The position numbers and the translations under genes are program-made. The notes beneath the pieces were generated by a model. It saw nothing but the letters and a program-made list of their open reading frames with translations, was not told the origin of the DNA and made no database searches. This document shows positions 60,301-64,000 of a stretch of DNA of 64,000 nucleotides, piece by piece; positions within the stretch are counted from its first letter, which is position 1; each line of letters starts with the position of its first letter. The stretch is from Candidatus Latescibacterota bacterium. Its GTDB lineage: Bacteria; Latescibacterota; UBA2968. The stretch spans positions 1,280,001 through 1,344,000 of the forward strand of contig OZ220741.1 in assembly GCA_965116885.1 (NCBI GenBank). Direction: 5' to 3'.

Positions 60301-61399
60301 CCGACTCCAGATGGCCGACATTGGTCTTCACTGAACCGATGAGAAGGGGGTGGTCAGAGGAACGCCCCTTCCCGTAAACATTGGCCACAGCGTTGATCTC
60401 GATTGGATCGCCCACCGTCGTTCCAGTCCCGTGCGCCTCCAGGTAATCTACGTCCGATGGGGGAATTCCCGCATCGGACAGCGCTGTCTCGATCACTTCT
60501 TCCAACGCGGGTGTGTTCGGCACCGTTAGCCCCGTACTGGCTCCGCCGTGGTTCACCGCTGCGCCCCGGATTACTGCCCAGATTCGATCGCCGTCCGCCT
60601 CAGCCTCGCTCAGCCGCTTGAGGACGACGACCCCGCAGCCTTCACCTCGCACGTAACCGTTCGCCGACGCGTCAAAGGTTTTGCACTGCCCATCTGGAGA
60701 CAGCATCATCGCATCCGCGCGCAGTTCGTAGATGCGACCGTTCAGGATCGCCTGTACGCCGCCCGCGATGGCCAAATCCGCCTTGCCCTGCTGCAGGTCT
60801 GCCACCGCGTCGTGGACTGATACCATGGATGACGCGCACGCGGCATCTACTGCCTTTGCCGGTCCTCTTAGTCCCAGCACAAAAGAGACCCGCCCGCTGG
60901 CGCCGTTGAGGTTGGTGCCGCTGAGGGCGTAGAGACAACTGGCAGCCTCGGCGGGCTTGCTCGAGTCCACGACCAGCATTCGGTATTCATCGTTGCTGAT
61001 CCCGGTGTACACGCCGGTGTGGCTCTCTCTCAATCCCTCTGGATCGATTCCCGCGTCCTCAAGAGCCTCCCAGCTCGTCTCCAGCATCATGCGCTGCTGC
61101 GGATCCAGCAGTTCTGCCTCCACTGGGGAAATCCGAAAGAAGGTGTCGTCGAACTGGTCAATGTCATCGACGAAGGCGCCGAAACGACACCCTTCGCTCT
61201 GCACTGTGTCGTCGGGAAAGAGCAAGCCCCAGCGTCCTACGCCTGAGCCCGGGACTCCTTCGCTGACGGCATTCCCGCCATCTTCGAGCAGACGCCAGAA
61301 GGCAGAGATATTCGACGCACCGGGGAATCGGCACGCCATACCTATGATCGCTATTGGTTGGTCTGATACGGAAGGACCGAAAGATTTGTCCGGTTTCAT
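51335..61399 (-). CDS. supA: Type I PKS/FAS, KS-AT-DH-cMT-ER-KR-ACP-KS-AT(inactive); SupA-type
   Basis: KS DAACASS/HGTGT/GHLE; AT GHSIG + AFH; DH H...PGA; MT EVGAGTG; ER HAGSGGVG; KR TGGLGGIG; ACP GMDSL; KS2 ELNCASS; AT2 GHGIG. Confidence 0.88.
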   Translation of the reverse strand: MKPDKSFGPSVSDQPIAIIGMACRFPGASNISAFWRLLEDGGNAVSEGVPGSGVGRWGLLFPDDTVQSEGCRFGAFVDDIDQFDDTFFRISPVEAELLDPQQRMMLETSWEALEDAGIDPEGLRESHTGVYTGISNDEYRMLVVDSSKPAEAASCLYALSGTNLNGASGRVSFVLGLRGPAKAVDAACASSMVSVHDAVADLQQGKADLAIAGGVQAILNGRIYELRADAMMLSPDGQCKTFDASANGYVRGEGCGVVVLKRLSEAEADGDRIWAVIRGAAVNHGGASTGLTVPNTPALEEVIETALSDAGIPPSDVDYLEAHGTGTTVGDPIEINAVANVYGKGRSSDHPLLIGSVKTNVGHLESAAGVAGVIKAALVLKRGVIPKHLHFQNPNPSLDWDRLPLKVTSSMMDLPHRPDRPRLAGVNSFGISGTNAHIVMEEYRASDSASTAVGSAKSVAVSLPATMGDLPLQEQEVQPRRIRLLPLSGKSDGALRDIAGRYLSWLDEHAEEDEAILADMAWTAGIGRSHFDHRAGIVFHDAESLRERLRDLSEADGGASSRTPTRVAFAYTGQGSQWVGMGQELYEREPVARAVLDRCEAVLLRERGTSLLDVMFGRSEGEEDLGDTAWEQPALYALGCALTALWSSVGIRPDVVVGHSIGELAASQAAGVFSLEDGMRFAALRGALMSQMEEGGMAAVFAPADRVALVLEEVNAASSAVGLSISGYNGTHQVVSGPIAQIEAISKRFEQEGIRVRRLNTAKAFHSALVEPILDELEASLNGVAIQPPALTVVSNLTGSAVEPGQTQDGAYWRRHAREPVAFAQGVKTLADLGVDVVLEIGPRSVLAPMAASAWPESPQTPAPVVLSSLSPPSDNAAETESADGFVGAIAQAYQAGLPIRFAGLFAGETRRRISLPSYPFQRKHHWLEPPKRQRRSSDHPLLGARHESARGEITFETEVFPSDPSYLNDHKVFGRIVAPGALYGAMACAAAFLEESGSVAVEDLQLHNAMVFEEEDGNDEEGRKMQVALDASEQASSREVQIFSKGSEGEWTVHVEGRVSSGVPIPEAGERIDLESLKAGLSPMDVADYYRHRASTGVDLGPFFRTLGKVWSRAGEALGEVSLPETLTGHGLDVHPLVLDGCFQVVGAARNLEGSGSETTYLPFGWERLWLTGRLPDRVVCHVRLSEASQGLETDEPPEVLSGELNIYDLNGVPLGRLSGYTVKRATQEALLSAVEGVKDLLYEVVWRERDLPPGITPADFFPGPTTVAESSQSFAGYLTDAGVDPEGRDALLADLERWSWSRALATLKELGWQRRAGETVDPEDLRQRLQVTEEHKRLFRRMLEMLAKSGVLEEAGDGFVVVVGPEDPLPKEMPGDLEEFATRMTGLYPHGLTEIGLFRRSGSALAEVLRGHEDPLTLLFSSGEPTAADLYLKAPVARAANRMLGDAVRALVAALPEGRRLRVIEVGAGTGSATASVLPELPEGRFDYMYTDISAGFFAEAEARFGDGGGCIEYRPLDIEKDPIAQGFDAHGYDLLIASNVLHATRYLEETLAHCRDLLAPSGQLIALENLRGLGWMDLTFGQLDGWWRFADSFRPHHALAGPVVWRGALGNVGFEEVEVLGVDESDSTRMLDKGVIVAQGPAVVAEQGGAWVLAADQGGAAAELAAELAAQNQTVVLACSDDPQVEEGSEVIRKTIDMEQRESWRSLLKELPDNVPLSGVVHLAALDGHGAEATTGEIAEDVRRAGASALALVQGVSDSDVTPEKGVWFITRGAQVLERERGGELAGAALWGFGKAVAREAAHLQPRMIDLDPGEMAPAPDLVNELLYPDPENHIAYRGDARRVARLIRMGAGVERLTLPEESEWVLAPDPDGVFERPYVQPLPAPSLEPREVRVAVEASGLNFWDVFRSLGFIEEGNLGREMCGYILEVGSDVSTISVGDHVVGLGFGAFGAQMVTREELVAPAPSGFSVTGLATVPSAFVSAALSFELSGLEAGDRVLIHAGSGGVGLAAIQLVQAAGAEVFATASAPKQAYLRSLGVEHIFDSRQTAFGKEILEATNGEGINVVLNSLTGEGFIDASLSCLKHGGRFVELARRDILSEEEMAAVRPDVAYDILELDVLKKTDPAWVGRVLRDVMARLSSGELKTITHSRWPLAEAGAALSFMRAARHIGKIVVTTPPILKGKLRQDRTYLVTGGLGGIGCAVADWLADRGAGAIALNGRRAPDPEAEEVIHRLRERGVKVQVEIANVTDAVAIDEMIARIDETLPPLGGVIHSVGVLSDGALTNQSWERFETVLWPKVLGAWHLHRATLDRDLDMFVLFSSRVGVMGNPGQANHASANAFLDQLAGHRRAMGLPGQAIAWGAWSEIGEAAEQRERIDQQRSALGGRWFTPQQGIRAFDQLVRQDATTSVVMSMDWSVFEEAVEDRPLFLEDLLSADADDEADASASSKDLLSQLREAPAAAPEDLLVSFLQQEVQAVLRLPTAPEPTVGFFDLGMDSLMAVELRNRLNRAFADEYVVPNTVVFDYPDIASLARHLVEELGEVSDAPAPQPQVQPEPEPIVQREDDGIAIVGMACHFPGASDLSTFWHQLEAGVDAVTDGRQDPGSWNNLAKDLPSKYAAYRRGGFVEGIDQFDARFFRISPIEARLMDPRQRMMLETTWQAIEDAGMDPDVLRGSRTGLYAGIATSEYRDLMTASEYGISYLGTAASMTVGRISFLLGLEGPTIPVELNCASSLVAVHQAVMGLRQGEVDMALVGGTHAVLSPDLTREMADLGMLSREGQSRPFDASADGFTRGEGCGMVVLKRLSEAEADGDRIWGVIRGSAVNQNGASAGPTVPNGPAQERVIEEALSRAGIVPSEVDYLEAHGGGSELGDPIEIQAAAAVYGKGREADRPLLIGSVKTNIGHLEPAAGVAALIKAVLAMKQGKIPKHLHFEEPSPHIDWNRLPVQVASALTDWPSHPNRPPRAGVSAFGISGTNAHVVVEGYDSPDTTPVGSAQPVSQSVDLIGEEEAFAPRQTRLLPLSGKTDEALRDLTGRYLSWINELASEDVDLLADMAWTAGVGRSHFDHRAGIVFQDVESLREKLQALSEIGERPELRATTKIAFAYTGQGSQWIGMGKDLYESEPVVRAVLDRCDKVLREERNTSLLDAMFGQTGDLSDLPAIYAMESALTALWSSVGIQPSVVVGHGIGEIAAAQAAGVFSLEDGLRVALEWDTGNLEATLTDVTIASPSLVLVSSVTGGVEVLDAAYWRRQPQEPTAFDKCAKKLVNLGVNVLIEIGPNAVPGPIEGDANPPVVLSSLGDNGFIEAVAKAYEAGLSVSFPGLFAGETRRRISLPSYPFQRQHYWIQ

Positions 61400-61437
61400 G
61401 ATTTAATCCTCCATGTTCGGACGGGTTTTACAAAGAC

Positions 61438-61464
61438 GGGCGGGCACGGGGACGCCGCCCCTAC
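61438..61464 (-). repeat. GTAG-type REP-like palindrome
   Basis: Reverse strand GTAGGGGCGGCGTCCCCGTGCCCGCCC. Confidence 0.7.
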
Positions 61465-61489
61465 AATTTTCCCCTGTTTGCATAGGGTT

Positions 61490-62416
61490 TTACAACAGGT
61501 CATTGCTCTCGAGAAATTCCCGAACCAACTCAACGCATTCTTCTGGTTTTTCCAATTGAAGAAAGTGCGTTGTTTCAGGGACAAAATCGTAATCTACAGT
61601 CAGAATGTCACCGAGGTCAATTGTCGGCAGGAATGTATAAGGCAGGGTGGGATCGGACCCGATGACTTTTGTCGGACAAGGGAGTGTTTCAAAATCCATC
61701 AATGCGGAGAAGCTTCTCATATAATCGACGATCTGCGCTTCGTAGTCGCGGGGACATCGAAGCTCATAACCCTGCCCATCGGCGGCCTTTCGAAGGGTTG
61801 TTCTCGCCATGAGTTCCCGAACCCCGGGAACGAGGCGCGAGAAGCCGGGTAGATAGCTGAGGAGTTCTGAAAAATCCTCTTCTGTTTGGAACAGATACCC
61901 GCGGCGGCGGGTAACGTCGGCTGCGTATTCGGCAGCCTCATCAAATTCGATCTGGCTATTGCCGGGCTTGCACAGGGGGGGGTCAAATAGTATCATCGCC
62001 GATAAATGGTCGCTTTGGGCAGATGGCCCGAGGTCTGCCATAGTCGTTAGTGATAGGAGTGTTATCAGTGCAGAAGCAGAGTGAAATATACCGATTTTTG
62101 GTTTGTTTTCGTAGTGACGATCAATGGCTTCAAAAATACAGAGATGGTCGCGGACCAGCGTTGGAACATTGTGATTTGCGCGTGGGCCAACGGTATTCCA
62201 GCCGTGGTTCCTGAAGTCGAAGATGATGAGGTCGAAATCCTCGGCGAGCAGTGACCAGAAGGGGTAATAGAGGTCACTTGCGAGACCATTGCCGTGGCTC
62301 AGAACGAGGCGGGGTCCCGCGGGATTTCCATGTCGGCGCAGAATGGTGACGGTATCGTCGTCGAGCTGGACTTCACAGGTCGAAAGTGGCTCGGGTACTT
62401 CCCATACATTATTCAT
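61490..62416 (-). CDS. Alpha/beta hydrolase (SupD-like)
   Basis: SHGNG, DFRNHG, nucleophile elbow FHSAS, THFLQLEKP; start uncertain (ATG 62416 chosen). Confidence 0.82.
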   Translation of the reverse strand: MNNVWEVPEPLSTCEVQLDDDTVTILRRHGNPAGPRLVLSHGNGLASDLYYPFWSLLAEDFDLIIFDFRNHGWNTVGPRANHNVPTLVRDHLCIFEAIDRHYENKPKIGIFHSASALITLLSLTTMADLGPSAQSDHLSAMILFDPPLCKPGNSQIEFDEAAEYAADVTRRRGYLFQTEEDFSELLSYLPGFSRLVPGVRELMARTTLRKAADGQGYELRCPRDYEAQIVDYMRSFSALMDFETLPCPTKVIGSDPTLPYTFLPTIDLGDILTVDYDFVPETTHFLQLEKPEECVELVREFLESNDLL

Positions 62417-62746
62417 AACAGGGTTTCCAATGGCATTCGTACTAAAGAATGGCACGCACCCACGACACAAATGCATCGAGGACGAGCGTGCCAATAGAAA
62501 TATCATTCTCGGAGGTGTTCACGTGGCCGTTACATCAAGGTATGCAGTTACAGAAAGTCGTGCAAGGATATTTTTATATTACCAGTTGTTAAAAATAAAA
62601 AACAAAACACGGAATAGCCCTTGACAGAATGTTTGGAAAGGGGTTGTTTTACAGAGTGTTAGTGGTAAGAAGTAATCATGGATTAACGGTAGGCCCGTTA
62701 TCGCTTTGCTGTGCCTGTAAATAGGTTCTTACACGGAGGCGTTTCC

Positions 62747-63964
62747 ATGCGTATCCTCATGATCACCTTATCAATTTCCTCGCTCTTCCTGACGGGCAGT
62801 GGCTTTGCTGCCGATTGGCCGCAGTGGTTTGGTCCCAATCGCGATGGGATTTCCTTTGAGACAGGTGTGCTCAAAAATTGGCCTGATTCCGGGCCTGCTG
62901 TTCTCTGGCGAACACCGCTGGGCGAGGGTTTCTCGGGCATTGCGATTGCGCGGGGCGCAGCTTACACTATGTTTGCTGAAGGCAAAGATGAGTACGCGGT
63001 ATGTCTGGATGCCGCTACAGGGGAAGAGCGTTGGCGCGTTAAGACGGGAAGCAATTTTTCGGACTGGCAGGGTGGGAATGGTCCCAGAGCGACTCCCATA
63101 ATTGACAAAGAACGGGCCTTCTTTTTGGGTGCAAACGGGCAACTTTATGCACTCAATGTTGAGGGCGGAGAAACGGTATGGTCTCACCATTTACAGACTG
63201 AATACATAAGTGATCCCCCTCACTGGGGCTTTTCTACTTCCCCTTTGATAGAAGGTGACTTGCTGATTGTCGAGGTTGGGGGTTCCTCTGGAAAATCTTT
63301 TATTGCCTTTGATAAAACCACCGGCAATGTCGCCTGGGCTTCTCAAGATGACGCGCCTTCGTATGCTTCACCCATTGCAATTACTGTATCTGATGTCCGG
63401 CAAATCGTCTTTTTTCCAGCCTCTGGCCTGGTTGGTGTCGCTGCCAAAGATGGCCGATTCCTGTGGCGATATCCCTGGCAAACGGGTCCCGATGTCAATG
63501 CCGCGACGCCTATTTTTCTCCCTCCAGATAGACTTTTTATCTCTTCGGGTTATGGCAAAGGCGCGACGGTGATCCAGCTTATTTCCCAAAACGACCAATT
63601 TGTAGTAAAAAAAGTATGGTTCAATCGCAGTATGAAAAACCATTTTGCCACGTCTATTCATCACGAGGGGCACCTCTATGGGTTTGACAACGCCATTCTC
63701 AAGTGCATTGCCGCGGATACCGGGCAGGAGCAATGGCGCAAACGCGGCTTTCAAAAGGGGTCCCTCATCTTTGCGGACGGGCTTTTGATCGTCCTGGGCG
63801 AACAGGGTAAGCTGGCTCTGGTAGAAGCTACACCTGAAGCGTACATAGAAAAAGCCAGTGCCCAAGTTTTGTCGCCCCGCTGCTGGACGCCACCCACGCT
63901 GGCTAATGGCAGGCTTTATCTTCGAAATCACAATGAGATGGTCTGTTTGGATTTGAGCCGTTGA
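62747..63964 (+). CDS. Secreted PQQ-binding-like beta-propeller protein
   Basis: Signal peptide, DWPQWFGPNRDG, repeated LDA.TG...W units, WTPPTLANGRLYLR. Confidence 0.88.
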   Translation: MRILMITLSISSLFLTGSGFAADWPQWFGPNRDGISFETGVLKNWPDSGPAVLWRTPLGEGFSGIAIARGAAYTMFAEGKDEYAVCLDAATGEERWRVKTGSNFSDWQGGNGPRATPIIDKERAFFLGANGQLYALNVEGGETVWSHHLQTEYISDPPHWGFSTSPLIEGDLLIVEVGGSSGKSFIAFDKTTGNVAWASQDDAPSYASPIAITVSDVRQIVFFPASGLVGVAAKDGRFLWRYPWQTGPDVNAATPIFLPPDRLFISSGYGKGATVIQLISQNDQFVVKKVWFNRSMKNHFATSIHHEGHLYGFDNAILKCIAADTGQEQWRKRGFQKGSLIFADGLLIVLGEQGKLALVEATPEAYIEKASAQVLSPRCWTPPTLANGRLYLRNHNEMVCLDLSR

Positions 63965-64000
63965 TCGCAGCCTTATTTTCCTATTGCTACCCAAACATCT

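Noticed and set aside
51384..61406. Numerous antisense and alternate-frame ORFs over the PKS
   Set aside because: Expected shadow ORFs of a GC-rich coding sequence; no independent motifs.

Overview
Origin-of-replication region of a bacterium that looks like a sponge symbiont (inferred from the sup-type polyketide cluster, five sulfatase-superfamily genes and many carbohydrate oxidoreductases; lineage not determinable here). Left to right: recF (partial)-dciA/DUF721-gyrB-gyrA, hom, a ~10 kb polyol/sulfate-ester catabolic block, alkA, a DnaA-box origin, dnaA <> rpmH-rnpA-yidC-mnmE-[parS]-rsmG-[parS], assorted housekeeping genes, a lower-GC defence-like island (33.4-43.0 kb), transport/catabolic genes, a higher-GC supD-supA-supB-supE PKS cluster (49.1-62.5 kb) and a PQQ-like beta-propeller gene. 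The main candidate for an undescribed system is a tightly coupled six-gene operon at 33402-41379 (-): PAPS-reductase/PP-loop protein with Cys clusters, DndA-like cysteine desulfurase, GHKL-type ATPase, two uncharacterised proteins and a GmrSD/SspE-like DUF262-HNH nuclease. It resembles a sulfur-based DNA modification/restriction system but has no recognisable DndBDE or SspBC genes. Other observations: a promoter-sRNA-terminator unit before a NYN RNase, a small hairpin element found in both orientations at one target sequence, a second DnaA-box cluster, dnaA uncoupled from recF-gyrBA, a GyrA-like insert in CtpA and a Tmk fusion. All family calls come from motif recognition by eye; no database searches were run.
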